Assembly: GCA_964530945.1 (NCBI GenBank)
Contig: CAZHCJ010000002.1
Location: 14,899 to 78,898 of the forward strand
Source of the DNA: Candidatus Woesearchaeota archaeon
GTDB lineage: Archaea > Nanobdellota > Nanobdellia > Pacearchaeales > GW2011-AR1
Reading direction: 5' to 3'
Length of the DNA: 64,000 nucleotides
A program made the position numbers and the translations under genes. A model generated the notes under the pieces. That model did no database searches and was not told the origin of the DNA. It was given only the letters and a program-made list of their open reading frames with translations. Each line of letters starts with the position of its first letter. Within the stretch, counting starts at the first letter, position 1. Below are positions 1 through 9,799 of this stretch, in pieces.

Positions 1-344
1 GTCAGGCCAGTCAGTATTTACAATACAGGGTTAATGTTTTGTTCAAAGAAAACTAAGCCATTATTATTTAATTTTAAAAAGCCGTCTAGATTTAAGATAA
101 CTTCTTTGTTCGTTTTCTTTACATTCGTTGCAGTTTGGCTTGATGATAAGAATAATGTCTTGGAAATAAGAAAGGTTAAGCCTTTTACTTTTTCTGTTAA
201 ACCAATAAAAAAAGTTTCTAAACTTTTAGAAATCCCTCTTAATTGTGAGAATCGGGATACTATTGGACTTCTCGTCGATGATTAGAAAAGTTTATATATT
301 AATTTAGCTTTTTTTTAACACGTTATTAAAAGGAGGTGTAAATT

Positions 345-536
345 ATGGGAAAAATTATCGTCAAAAATGCTGTTCAGAGGAAGCCAGGACATCTATATTA
401 TGTAGATGGTAAGGGTAATGTTTGTGAGGCAAAAATGGCACGAGGCGGAAAAAAGAAGAAAAAGGCAACTAAGAAAAAAGCAAAGCCTAAGAAAGCTGCA
501 AAAAAGAAGCCTGCAAAGAGAAAAAAGCGAAGATAA
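345..536 (+). CDS. small lysine-rich basic protein (probable nucleic-acid binding), 63 aa
   Basis: Strong SD AGGAGGTG 6-13 nt upstream; C-terminal half is K/A/R-rich (KKKKKATKKKAKPKKAAKKKPAKRKKRR); no recognisable family. Confidence 0.5.
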   Translation: MGKIIVKNAVQRKPGHLYYVDGKGNVCEAKMARGGKKKKKATKKKAKPKKAAKKKPAKRKKRR

Positions 537-575
537 ATCTTCACATATTTTTTATTTTTATTTCTTAATATTCTT

Positions 576-935
576 TTATTGATTGTAGACTTTTTGGAGA
601 ATCCCTTCTAGCACTAGGCTCTTTCCTACGGGGATTTCTTCCCCTCTTTCAAATCTATTTGTGTATATATTCCTCTCTTCTCTATCTAAAGTAACTGTAT
701 ATTTTCCTTGGAAGGATCTGTATTTTCCCAAACTTTCAAGAGTTATACTTTCTGGAATTTCTTTTAAATTAATTCTTTTAATATTCCCTTTTTTGGATTC
801 TCTTAAGATTATTCTTCCTTCCAAAGGACCTCTTTCTTTAGGGGCAAGAAACACAAAAGATATTTTGTAAAAATCTGAGAAAGGGTCCTGAATTACTTTT
901 TGTTCTTTTTTTGACATGTTCAAAAAAGAAATCAT
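576..935 (-). CDS. hypothetical protein
   Basis: 119-aa ORF, no recognisable motifs. Confidence 0.3.
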   Translation of the reverse strand: MISFLNMSKKEQKVIQDPFSDFYKISFVFLAPKERGPLEGRIILRESKKGNIKRINLKEIPESITLESLGKYRSFQGKYTVTLDREERNIYTNRFERGEEIPVGKSLVLEGILQKVYNQ

Positions 936-996
936 GGAAATATATATTTTATTGCGATGGAGTATATTTTAAAAATCCGGCTTTCTTCCAGGAGAT

Positions 997-1998
997 ATGG
1001 CAATAATACTCGGAATAGAGAGCACTGCACATACTTTTAGCGTCGCTGTCGTGTCAAATGGAAAGATTTTGTCGAATATTAGGGATACTTATACCACTGA
1101 AAAAGGAGGCATTATTCCAAATGAAGCTGCGAAGCATCATAAACGTGTAAGAGAAGAAATTTATGAAAAAGCAATGGAAGAATCAAGCGTTGTTGATAGT
1201 GAGATTGATGCTATTGCCGTCTCTCAAGGTCCAGGATTGGCACCTTGTCTGTTGGAAGGAATGCGTTTTGCGAAGAAGCTTTCGAAGGAAATTAAAAAGC
1301 CAATTGTCCCAGTAAATCATTGCATCGCACATTTGGAAATTGGGAGAGTTACTGGAGCCGAAGATCCTGTAATGCTGTACGCTTCTGGCGCGAATACACA
1401 AATAATTGCATATGCGTCCGGAAAATACCTTGTTTTTGGTGAGACTCTTGATGTAGGCATAGGGAATTTTATTGACACTTTTGCTCGCGATGCGGGACTG
1501 GGTTTTCCTGGCGGTCCAAAAATAGAAAAACTTGCCTTAGAAAATAAATCAAAGAGTTATATAAGGTTGCCATATAGTATCAAAGGAATGGACATTGCTT
1601 TAAGCGGTATTCAAACAAACCTTAAACAAAAACTTAATTCTAAAAAAGAAGAATGCGGTTTGCCCGAATTGAGTTTTTCCCTTCAAGAAACTGTGTTTGC
1701 AATGCTTGTGGAGGTTTCTGAAAGAGCTTTGGCCCATGTCGGAAAAAATGAACTTTTGCTTGGCGGAGGTGTGGCATGCAACAAGCGCTTACAAGAAATG
1801 TGTAAGATAATGTGCGAGGAACGTGGTGCAAAGTTTTTTTGCCCGGATAATTCTTTGCTTGTAGATAATGCTGGGATGATTGCGTTTCTTGGAGAAATTA
1901 TGTTCCACAAAGGAATAAGTGTCAGTCATGAAAATCTCAGCAAATTAGATATTAAGCCAAGACAGCGCACGGATGATGTTGAGATTAGTTGGAGATAA
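997..1998 (+). CDS. kae1: tRNA N6-threonylcarbamoyladenosine synthase Kae1 (KEOPS catalytic subunit, Kae1/TsaD family), not fused to Bud32
   Basis: N-terminus ILGIESTAHTFSVAVV, metal-binding HCIAHLE, GGGVACN segment typical of Kae1/TsaD/ASKHA fold; 333 aa. Confidence 0.9.
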   Translation: MAIILGIESTAHTFSVAVVSNGKILSNIRDTYTTEKGGIIPNEAAKHHKRVREEIYEKAMEESSVVDSEIDAIAVSQGPGLAPCLLEGMRFAKKLSKEIKKPIVPVNHCIAHLEIGRVTGAEDPVMLYASGANTQIIAYASGKYLVFGETLDVGIGNFIDTFARDAGLGFPGGPKIEKLALENKSKSYIRLPYSIKGMDIALSGIQTNLKQKLNSKKEECGLPELSFSLQETVFAMLVEVSERALAHVGKNELLLGGGVACNKRLQEMCKIMCEERGAKFFCPDNSLLVDNAGMIAFLGEIMFHKGISVSHENLSKLDIKPRQRTDDVEISWR

Positions 1999-2064
1999 GA
2001 ACACAGTGTGTTTTCTCACGACATATGTCATGAACCTACACGGGATAAGAACACACAGAAATCT

Positions 2065-2072
2065 TTATAAAG
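2065..2072 (+). promoter_or_regulatory. TATA-like box TTTATAAA upstream of L7Ae gene
   Basis: AT octamer about 80 nt upstream of the rpl7ae ATG; implies a roughly 50-nt leader. Confidence 0.3.
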
Positions 2073-2090
2073 CAAAATTTTCTCACTTAG

Positions 2091-2144
2091 TTACCGATGA
2101 ACGAACCTTGCTTCGGGAGGGATCGTTCTAAACTGTTAATGGAG
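2091..2144 (+). promoter_or_regulatory. structured 5' leader of L7Ae mRNA: GAUGA followed by a hairpin closed by a C(UUCG)G tetraloop with A-A and G-G mismatches, then a GGAG SD
   Basis: CGATGAACGAACCTTGCTTCGGGAGGGATCGTTCTAAACTG: GAACGA pairs with TCGTTC, inner CC/GG and a UUCG loop; GC-rich relative to surroundings. Confidence 0.35.
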
Positions 2145-2150
2145 TAAAAG

Positions 2151-2453
2151 ATGACTGATATATATACAATTGTTGAGAAAGCACGCAAAACAGGCAAGGT
2201 AGAGAAAGGCACAAACGAAGTTACAAAAGCCATAGAGAGAGGTACGGCAAAATTAGTTGTGTATGCTACCGATGTTGAACCTAAAGAAATTATTCAACAT
2301 ATCCCTTTACTTTGCAAAGAAAAAGGAATTTTGTGTAAAGAAGCAGATAACAAACAAAAACTTGGAATTGCAGTAGGCATTCCGGTGTCTAGTTCAAGTG
2401 TCGCAGTAATAGATGCAGGTGATGCAGAAAAAGAAATTAGTTCTTTGAAATAA
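2151..2453 (+). CDS. rpl7ae: ribosomal protein L7Ae (K-turn binding, L7Ae/L30e family)
   Basis: [26 protein letters not shown]...[10 protein letters not shown] matches L7Ae core; conserved position before S28e/L24e. Confidence 0.9.
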   Translation: MTDIYTIVEKARKTGKVEKGTNEVTKAIERGTAKLVVYATDVEPKEIIQHIPLLCKEKGILCKEADNKQKLGIAVGIPVSSSSVAVIDAGDAEKEISSLK

Positions 2454-2460
2454 AATTAAA

Positions 2461-2751
2461 ATGGCTAAATCACAAAAGAAACAACAAAAACAACAACAGA
2501 AGAGTAAAAGTAGCGATAGGATTGTGGGGGAAAGTGCTGCTGCCATAGTTCAAGAGATTGTAGGACGCACTGGGTTTAGGGGAGAAATAACCCAAGTTAA
2601 ATGCCTTGTAACAGAAGGACGTGACAAAGATAGAATTATGAGACGTAATGTTAAAGGTCCTGTAAGAGTGGGAGATGTTTTAATGTTGAGAGAGACAGAA
2701 ATTGAAGCACGTAGAATTCGAAGCAAAGTTTCAAAAGGAGCGTATACATAA
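2461..2751 (+). CDS. rps28e: ribosomal protein S28e
   Basis: [57 protein letters not shown] is the S28e signature. Confidence 0.9.
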   Translation: MAKSQKKQQKQQQKSKSSDRIVGESAAAIVQEIVGRTGFRGEITQVKCLVTEGRDKDRIMRRNVKGPVRVGDVLMLRETEIEARRIRSKVSKGAYT

Positions 2752-2752
2752 T

Positions 2753-2974
2753 ATGGCAAAAATATCTCTTTCAAAGATTTTAGAAAAAGGAATAATCCTT
2801 GAAAGAGGAGATGTTGTAGAATATATTCCTGGAGAAGAAGAGGATTCTTCGTCCGTATTGGGAGGAATAAGACAAGAGATAATTGAAGCAGGATATATTG
2901 TGGACAGTGGTAGAGGTCCAGATAAAGAGGGAAGATATAATTTTTTTATTGGAGGTAAGAGAGAAGATGCCTAA
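2753..2974 (+). CDS. hypothetical small protein between rps28e and rpl24e (74 aa from internal ATG)
   Basis: Track ORF 2702-2974 overlaps S28e; the ATG at 2753 gives a non-overlapping 74-aa product; no recognisable family. Confidence 0.3.
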   Translation: MAKISLSKILEKGIILERGDVVEYIPGEEEDSSSVLGGIRQEIIEAGYIVDSGRGPDKEGRYNFFIGGKREDA

Positions 2975-3137
2975 ATGTAGTTATTGTGGTAGAGATTATG
3001 AACCTCCAAGAGGGTTAACATTGGTTCAAAACGATAGCAATGTTAAACATTTATGTTCTTCTAAGTGTAGAAAGAATATGAAACTTAAACGAAGAAAAGT
3101 TCGTTGGATTTCAAAAGAAAAGAAAAAGAAAGAGTAG
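2967..3137 (+). CDS. rpl24e: ribosomal protein L24e
   Basis: MPKCSYCGRDYEPPRGLTLVQNDSNVKHLCSSKCRKN is the L24e zinc-ribbon; GGAGGT SD 11 nt upstream of the ATG at 2967; upstream part of track ORF 2883-3137 is likely not translated. Confidence 0.85.
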   Translation: MPKCSYCGRDYEPPRGLTLVQNDSNVKHLCSSKCRKNMKLKRRKVRWISKEKKKKE

Positions 3138-3167
3138 TTTAATCACAATAATCCTTTTAATGCTTTT

Positions 3168-3461
3168 TTGAGATGTATTTTCATGGCAATACGTTTTGAA
3201 TTAGATGTCGAAAAATACCAATGGCTTCCTTCTCTGGAAAAAAGAATTTTTACTAAAACATTATACAATCGAGAGTTTGGTTCTATTGAAGAAGCATTAA
3301 ACCAAGAATTTCAAGGCAAGAAGGTAGGTGGTTTTTGGGGATTTAGTGTTGGAGAAGGAGATGACTCTAGGAGTGTTTATGTGGCTTTCCATAAGGGAAA
3401 TCAATGGAAAAAACTTCCCGTATTTAGATATTATGGCTCTTCAGATAAGCTTTCCAGATAA
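3168..3461 (+). CDS. hypothetical protein
   Basis: 97-aa ORF, no recognisable family. Confidence 0.35.
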   Translation: MRCIFMAIRFELDVEKYQWLPSLEKRIFTKTLYNREFGSIEEALNQEFQGKKVGGFWGFSVGEGDDSRSVYVAFHKGNQWKKLPVFRYYGSSDKLSR

Positions 3462-3670
3462 AAATAAAAAAGTAATTTTTACATATCTTTCCAACTTTTA
3501 AATAAGTCTTTATTAATCTTTGTTTTCACTCATAAATTTTATCAAAATTTTTAATTTCTCGACGACAAATTGGATTTTTGTGGAGAAAGGTTTATAAACT
3601 GAAAACACTTTTTTTGAGTACAAATTGGAGAAAATAACGCTGCCTAAAAACGTTTAAATTTTCTATAAAA

Positions 3671-6133
3671 ATGGCTAAAAAATCAGATTATACAGGGAAA
3701 GACATTCATGTTTTAGAAGGGCTTGAAGGTGTTCGAAAACGTCCTGCAATGTACATAGGGGGAACGGGCAAAGACGGATTGCATCACATGATTTACGAGG
3801 TGGTGGATAATGCTGTAGATGAAGCTCTTGCGGGATATTGCAAAAAAATTCTTGTACGTATAAACAAAGATGGAAGTGTAACAATAGAAGATGATGGTAG
3901 GGGAATCCCTGTAGACAAACATCCTAAGTTGAAAATTCCTGCTGTCGAAGTCGCACTAACTAAGCTTCATGCAGGGGGAAAATTTGATAAAAAATCTTAT
4001 GAAATATCTGGAGGTTTGCACGGTGTTGGTATAAGTGTTGTTAATGCCTTGTCCAAGAAACTTGTTGTGGAGATTAAACGTGATGGGAAAATATACAGGC
4101 AAGAGTATAGGCGCGGAAAAAGAGAGAACGCACTGAAACCAGTGGGAAAAACAAAAGAGACAGGGACTAAAATTACATTCTGGCCAGATGAAGAGATTTT
4201 CTCAACACTGAAATTCGATTACCTAACTCTTCAAACACGTCTACGCGAAATAGTCTTCTTAAATGCGGGTTTGAAAATTTTGTTGGTTGATGAAGAAAAA
4301 AAGAAGAAAAAAGAGTTCTTTGCTTCTGGAGGATTAATAGAATTTGTTAAGTGGATAAACAAATCAAAAGATGTTTTACATAGTAAACCAATTTATTTTA
4401 AAAAAGTAGAAGGAGATAATGTTGTAGAAGTTGCAATCCAATACAATAATTCTTATCAGACAAATATATTTGGTTTTGTTAACACTATAAACACTGTTGA
4501 AGGAGGGACGCATGTATCTGGATTTAAATCTGGTTTAACCAGGGTAATAAATGATTATGTGAAGCGTAAGAATCTTCTTAAGACAGGCTCGCTCCATGGA
4601 AATGATGTTCGCGAAGGAGTTACAGCTATTATTAGTATAAAGATGAAAGAGCCCCAGTTCGAAGGACAAACTAAAACCAAATTGGGAAATAGTGAGATGA
4701 ACGGTATTGTCAATTCAATAATTACTCAATCATTGGGAGAGTTTTTTGAGGAAAATCCGAGCATTGCTAAGAAAATAACTTCCAAATCTATAGATTCTGC
4801 TAAAGCGCGTTTGGCTGCAAAAAAAGCCAAAGATCTTGTAAGAAGGAAGAACGCCTTTTCTCTTGGCGGCTTGCCTGGAAAACTTACGGATTGTTCAAGC
4901 AAAAAATCTGATCGCTCAGAAATTTATATTGTAGAAGGAGAAAGTGCTGGAGGTTGTTTTTCTGGAGAAACGAAGGTTGCTCTTACTGATGGAAGAGATA
5001 TTTCTTTTAAACAACTTGTTAAAGAAAATAAAGAAGGAAAAAAGAATTTTGTTTACACAATAATGAGAGATGGAAAATTAGGTATAGAGGAAATAAAAAA
5101 TCCAAGAATTACTAAAAAAAATGCTGAAGTAATTAAAATAATATTGGATAATGACGAAGAGATAGTTTGTACACCAGACCATAAATTTATGTTAAGAAAT
5201 GGAAATTATAAAGAGGCCGAACATTTAACGAAAAATGATTCTCTTATGCCTCTATATAGAAAACACTCTAAAATAGGGGAAAATATAACTATAGAAGGTT
5301 ACGAAATGGTACTTGACTCTAAAAGAAAATGGATATTTACCCACATGTTGGCAGACGAATACAATCTCCGAAATAAAATAGATGATAAAAAACAGATGTT
5401 AGAAGCAGTAAATGAATATAATCATAAAATAAAAAAAATCTTAAAATTAAAAAAGAAGATTGATGTTTATGATATGGAAATTCCAAATACACATAATTTT
5501 GCTCTTTCCTCTGGTGTTTTCGTGCATAATAGCGCAAAGATGGCGCGAAACAGAGAAATCCAGGCGATATTGCCATTAAGAGGAAAAATTCTTAATGTTG
5601 AAAAATCAACACCTGTAAAAGTTTTTTCAAACACTGAAATTGCGAACCTAATTACTGCAATAGGTGCGGGCGTAGGGGATGAATTTAATTTAGATAAAAT
5701 AAGATACAATAAAGTAGTCATCATGACTGATGCCGATGTTGATGGAGAGCATATCAAAACTCTGTTGTTAACCTTCTTCTTTAGGTTTATGCCTGAACTT
5801 ATTGAAAACGGGCATATTTATGTTGCTTTGCCTCCTTTGTATAGGATTAGGAAAGGTAACAAGGACAAATATGTTTACTCGGATAAAGAATTAGAAAAAG
5901 TTAAGAGCAAGCATAAAAATGTCAAAGTTACACGCTTCAAGGGTTTAGGAGAGATGAGTTCTAATCAGCTTTGGGACACGACAATGAATCCAAAAACCCG
6001 TAAAATCAAGAAGGTTTACATTGAAGATGCTGTTGAAGCAGATCAAACATTCAGTATGCTCATGGGGAGTGATGTCCAAGCCAGAAAAGAATATATTCAA
6101 GAAAATGCACAGGAGGCGACTTTAGACGTTTAA
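3671..6133 (+). CDS. gyrB: DNA gyrase subunit B, interrupted by a mini-intein (extein about 628 aa)
   Basis: GHKL ATPase N-terminus (HHMIYEVVDNAVDEALAG), Toprim EGESAGG|..|SAKMARNRE, PLYRIRKG and C-terminal QENAQEATLDV; 820 aa is about 190 aa longer than an intein-free GyrB. Confidence 0.92.
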   Translation: MAKKSDYTGKDIHVLEGLEGVRKRPAMYIGGTGKDGLHHMIYEVVDNAVDEALAGYCKKILVRINKDGSVTIEDDGRGIPVDKHPKLKIPAVEVALTKLHAGGKFDKKSYEISGGLHGVGISVVNALSKKLVVEIKRDGKIYRQEYRRGKRENALKPVGKTKETGTKITFWPDEEIFSTLKFDYLTLQTRLREIVFLNAGLKILLVDEEKKKKKEFFASGGLIEFVKWINKSKDVLHSKPIYFKKVEGDNVVEVAIQYNNSYQTNIFGFVNTINTVEGGTHVSGFKSGLTRVINDYVKRKNLLKTGSLHGNDVREGVTAIISIKMKEPQFEGQTKTKLGNSEMNGIVNSIITQSLGEFFEENPSIAKKITSKSIDSAKARLAAKKAKDLVRRKNAFSLGGLPGKLTDCSSKKSDRSEIYIVEGESAGGCFSGETKVALTDGRDISFKQLVKENKEGKKNFVYTIMRDGKLGIEEIKNPRITKKNAEVIKIILDNDEEIVCTPDHKFMLRNGNYKEAEHLTKNDSLMPLYRKHSKIGENITIEGYEMVLDSKRKWIFTHMLADEYNLRNKIDDKKQMLEAVNEYNHKIKKILKLKKKIDVYDMEIPNTHNFALSSGVFVHNSAKMARNREIQAILPLRGKILNVEKSTPVKVFSNTEIANLITAIGAGVGDEFNLDKIRYNKVVIMTDADVDGEHIKTLLLTFFFRFMPELIENGHIYVALPPLYRIRKGNKDKYVYSDKELEKVKSKHKNVKVTRFKGLGEMSSNQLWDTTMNPKTRKIKKVYIEDAVEADQTFSMLMGSDVQARKEYIQENAQEATLDV
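4955..5530 (+). mobile_element. mini-intein (192 aa) inserted in the GyrB Toprim motif EGxSAGG^S
   Basis: Begins with Cys right after EGESAGG (CFSGETKVAL, block A), has a TPDHKF block B and terminal ...NTHNFALSSGVFVHN, followed by +1 Ser (SAKMAR); too short for a LAGLIDADG endonuclease domain. Confidence 0.8.
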
Positions 6134-6135
6134 AG

Positions 6136-6378
6136 ATGGAAGAAAATAATTTACCTGAAACTGGAGAAAAATATAGGCATTTTAAGGGAGGAGTTGTGGA
6201 GATAGATTGCGTGGCAAGAGATACAGATGAACCTAAAAGAAGATTAGTGGCATATCATTATACTGAAGATAATGAAGGAAATCATCTGGGAGATTATTGG
6301 GCGCGTTCGTTAGATGAATTTTTAGAATTTAAAGAATTAAATGGAGAAAAGATTAAACGTTTCAAAAAATTAGAGTAA
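6136..6378 (+). CDS. DUF1653-like small protein
   Basis: KYRHFKGGVVEI...VAYH...DYWARSLDEF resembles the conserved DUF1653 core (YRHYKG...W.RP...F). Confidence 0.5.
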   Translation: MEENNLPETGEKYRHFKGGVVEIDCVARDTDEPKRRLVAYHYTEDNEGNHLGDYWARSLDEFLEFKELNGEKIKRFKKLE

Positions 6379-6734
6379 TGGCGTTAAAAACACCCGACTG
6401 GATACTTGAGGGATATGATTCAAAGAGCGATTGGGCTAAGAAAAACCCCGAAAAGGCTGCTGTCCAGTCGATAGAGAAACCAAAAAATAAGAAAGGGAAG
6501 AAAAAATCTAAGAAAAGCAAATCAAGAGATGAAGACCTTTCAAAAAAGAAGTTCAAAGTTCGACGTTGCCCCAAGTGCGATAGCGATGAGGTTAAAGTTG
6601 TTGTAGAGAGGGATGCTAAAGGAGATTGGGAGTGTAAAGAATGTGGATGGACAGGCAAAAAACCAAATATGGAAGAACTTACCGAAGAGGAATTCATGAA
6701 ATATTTAGATGAAAAAGGGGAGGAGGTAGCTTAA
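6378..6734 (+). CDS. zinc-ribbon protein with lysine-rich linker
   Basis: CPKCDSDE...CKECGW (C-x2-C x18 C-x2-C), N-terminal K-rich tract. Confidence 0.45.
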   Translation: MALKTPDWILEGYDSKSDWAKKNPEKAAVQSIEKPKNKKGKKKSKKSKSRDEDLSKKKFKVRRCPKCDSDEVKVVVERDAKGDWECKECGWTGKKPNMEELTEEEFMKYLDEKGEEVA

Positions 6735-6735
6735 A

Positions 6736-6993
6736 ATGGTAAAAGAACTAATAGAAAAATTTGAAGAATTGGATAAAATTATGAATTGCGATTTACCAGA
6801 TGAACTTCCGCAAGAGGTAGATGAGATGTTTCAAGCAGCATATAGATTATGGGGAAAATATAGGTTTAAGATTGAAAGGGGGAACAGAATAAGTTCCAGA
6901 GAAGAAAGAGAATTTTCAAATCTTTTAGATAATATAGAAGAAAGGTTTGAATACATTAGAGATGGTATCTATGGGGTGGTTTTTGCAAGATAA
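6736..6993 (+). CDS. hypothetical protein
   Basis: 85-aa ORF directly upstream of gyrA. Confidence 0.3.
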   Translation: MVKELIEKFEELDKIMNCDLPDELPQEVDEMFQAAYRLWGKYRFKIERGNRISSREEREFSNLLDNIEERFEYIRDGIYGVVFAR

Positions 6994-7003
6994 AAATATA
7001 AAA

Positions 7004-9457
7004 ATGACATCAAAAAAGAAAAAGGCGAAGGAAATTGCAACATTGTCAGAAAAAGATAATATAATTAACTCAGAGATATCTGAAGAAATGAAGAAGGCTT
7101 ATTTGGATTATGCGATGAGCGTCATTGTTTCTCGTGCTATTCCAAGTATTGAAGACGGATTGAAACCTGTGCAGAGAAGAATTTTACATAGTATGAATCT
7201 TATGGGTTTGAAGCCTGGGAGTCAAACAAAAAAATCCGCAAGAATTGTCGGAGATGTTATAGGTAAGTATCATCCTCATGGAGATAGCGCAGTGTATGAT
7301 GCCATGGTAAGAATGGCTCAAAACTTTTCTCTTAGGTATCCTTTAGTTTTTGGGCAAGGAAATTTTGGAAGCATTGATGGAGATGGTCCGGCTGCCTACA
7401 GATATACAGAAAGTCGTTTGATGCCCATAGCTAAAGAGCTGTTGGAAGACATAGATAAAAACACGGTTAAATTTGTTTCAAATTTTGACAACTCTCTCGA
7501 AGAGCCAAAACTTTTACCAGGAAAACTTCCTGCCCTTATTTTGAATGGGGCAACAGGTATTGCGGTTGGGATGAGCACAAACATTCCTCCCCATAACTTA
7601 AGCGAAGTTAGTGATGCAATAATCGAATACATAAAAAACCCAGATATTTCTATTGAAGAGCTTCATGAAATTGTGAAAGGTCCTGACTTTCCTACAGGGG
7701 GACACGTAACAGGAGATATTTTAAAAATATATCAAACTGGAAAAGGAAGGTTGACTATGCGCGGGCGTACAGAGATTGAGAAGAAAAAGAAAAAAGAACT
7801 TGTTGTTATAACAGAGATTCCTTATTTGCTTAACAAAACTACATTGATAGAACAAATTGCAAAGATAATTCAAGATAAAAAAATAAAGAATGTTAAAGAT
7901 TTGCGTGACGAGAGTTCAAAAGGCAAGATACGCATTGTTCTTGAATTGAAAAAAGGCACAAATCCTAAATTTGTTGTTAACTCACTTTATAAATATACTC
8001 GGTTGCAGGACTATTTCAATGTTAAAAATTTGGCGTTGGTTAGAGGGCAACCAAAAGTTTTGAGTTTGAAGGATTTTGTTTCTGAATATGTTGATTATAG
8101 AAAAAAGATAATTACCCGTAGCACACAATTTGATTTGAATCGTGCGGAACAGCGTTTAGAGATAGTTGAAGGATTAATGATTGCATTAAAAAATATAGAT
8201 AAAATTATTTCTTATATTAAAAAATCTAAAGGTGCAAAAGAAGCTGAAGAGGGTTTGATGAAAACCTATAAACTTAGTCAGAGGCAGGCTAAAGCAGTTT
8301 TAGAGACAAAATTACAGCAACTTACCTCTTTAGAACAAGATAAGCTAAAGAAAGAAAATGAAGAACTTTCAAATGCAATAAAAGAATTTAAGAAAATTTT
8401 AGGAAGTGAGAAAGAAATTTTAAAGATAATTACTAATGAAGTTAAAGATTTGAAGAAAAAGTATGGCGATGCTCGAAGGACAAATGTTTTGGATAAAATT
8501 AAGAAAATTTCTGAGAAAGATGTTGTTCAAAAGAAAGATGTTGTTATCACAATAACCGAGAAAGGATATTGCAAACGTATGGATTTAAATACCTATAGAG
8601 AACAACGTAGAGGAGGTAAAGGAGTAAGAGGAAGCAACCTTGCGACGGGGGATTTTGTAAAACAGTTAATCACGTGTTCTACACACGATTATTTAATGTT
8701 TTTCACAACTCGTGGACGTGTGCTTTGGTTGAAAGCGTACGATATTCCTGAAGCAATGAGGTATAGTAAAGGGAAAGCAATTGTGAATTTATTGAACTTA
8801 AAAAATGAGAAAATTACAAGTGTAATCCCTGTTAATAATTTTGATGATTTCTTGTTCATGGCTACAAAGAAAGGTCAAGTGAAAAAGATATCTCTTGAAA
8901 AATTCTCTAGGCCAAGAAAAGGAGGAATTAAGGCAATGAAACTTCCTAAAGACAACTCAGACATGTTGATAGATGTCAAAGTTGTTTCAAAAGATCATGA
9001 AGTGTTTTTAGCTACAAAGAAAGGTCAAGCAATTCGTTTTTCAAGCAAAGAGGTTAGGGACATGGGGCGTGCAAGTTATGGAGTTATAGGAATAAAACTA
9101 GCAAAGGGAGATGAAGTTGTAAGCCTAGAGGTGTTGGACGAGAGTGCAGGAGATGCAATACTTACTATAACAGAGAAAGGTTACGGTAAGAGAACGGCTT
9201 TGAAAAATTATAGAAAAATTTCTAGAAGTGGCAAGGGAGTAATAAATCTTAAAACTTCAAACGTCACAGGAGATGTTGTAACGACGAGTTTCGTTAATGA
9301 TAAGGATAGCATAATTATTACGACATATAAAGGAATGGTAATACGAACTACGTTGAAAAATATACGTCGCATGGGTCGCGCTACTCGTGGAGTACGTATT
9401 GTAAAGCTTCAACCAGGAGATAAAGCTACTGACTTGGTTAAAGTTCCTGAAGAGTGA
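7004..9457 (+). CDS. gyrA: DNA gyrase subunit A
   Basis: [11 protein letters not shown]...[39 protein letters not shown] active-site region, GyrA-box-like C-terminal beta-pinwheel repeats; start taken at ATG 7004 (MTSKKKK) rather than track start 6947. Confidence 0.92.
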   Translation: MTSKKKKAKEIATLSEKDNIINSEISEEMKKAYLDYAMSVIVSRAIPSIEDGLKPVQRRILHSMNLMGLKPGSQTKKSARIVGDVIGKYHPHGDSAVYDAMVRMAQNFSLRYPLVFGQGNFGSIDGDGPAAYRYTESRLMPIAKELLEDIDKNTVKFVSNFDNSLEEPKLLPGKLPALILNGATGIAVGMSTNIPPHNLSEVSDAIIEYIKNPDISIEELHEIVKGPDFPTGGHVTGDILKIYQTGKGRLTMRGRTEIEKKKKKELVVITEIPYLLNKTTLIEQIAKIIQDKKIKNVKDLRDESSKGKIRIVLELKKGTNPKFVVNSLYKYTRLQDYFNVKNLALVRGQPKVLSLKDFVSEYVDYRKKIITRSTQFDLNRAEQRLEIVEGLMIALKNIDKIISYIKKSKGAKEAEEGLMKTYKLSQRQAKAVLETKLQQLTSLEQDKLKKENEELSNAIKEFKKILGSEKEILKIITNEVKDLKKKYGDARRTNVLDKIKKISEKDVVQKKDVVITITEKGYCKRMDLNTYREQRRGGKGVRGSNLATGDFVKQLITCSTHDYLMFFTTRGRVLWLKAYDIPEAMRYSKGKAIVNLLNLKNEKITSVIPVNNFDDFLFMATKKGQVKKISLEKFSRPRKGGIKAMKLPKDNSDMLIDVKVVSKDHEVFLATKKGQAIRFSSKEVRDMGRASYGVIGIKLAKGDEVVSLEVLDESAGDAILTITEKGYGKRTALKNYRKISRSGKGVINLKTSNVTGDVVTTSFVNDKDSIIITTYKGMVIRTTLKNIRRMGRATRGVRIVKLQPGDKATDLVKVPEE

Positions 9458-9517
9458 GTTCTGAAACATCTTTTTGAAACTAATAATCTTTTTAAATTAT
9501 GAATCGTATCTGCATTT

Positions 9518-9799
9518 ATGACAAGTGAAAATAGTGAATATAGACAATATCAAGTGGCAGTAGAATATGATAGTACTAGAGTTGGAGAAATTATTGGTGC
9601 AGGATTCGATAAAAAAGAAGGTTTGCAAATAGTGGGGCTAGGAGGAGCTTTTGATTTATCAGGTAGAGGATATGTTCTTGATGCCCATTTTTTCTATATA
9701 GGGCCAGAAGAAGATGCAAACACTTTTGCTGATAGGATGAGGGAAACTGGACTTGCAAAAGCAATCCATGTAGATCCCGTTTCGGATAGATTATCTTAA
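9518..9799 (+). CDS. hypothetical protein
   Basis: 93-aa ORF. Confidence 0.3.
   Translation: MTSENSEYRQYQVAVEYDSTRVGEIIGAGFDKKEGLQIVGLGGAFDLSGRGYVLDAHFFYIGPEEDANTFADRMRETGLAKAIHVDPVSDRLS

Noticed and set aside
34-285. Track ORF 34-285 (+), 83 aa at the window edge
   Set aside because: No start context or recognisable domain; position at the window edge means it may be the tail of an upstream gene or noise; not listed as a feature.
4955-5530. Homing endonuclease domain inside the GyrB intein
   Set aside because: 192 aa is too short and no LAGLIDADG/HNH motifs are visible; treated as a mini-intein.
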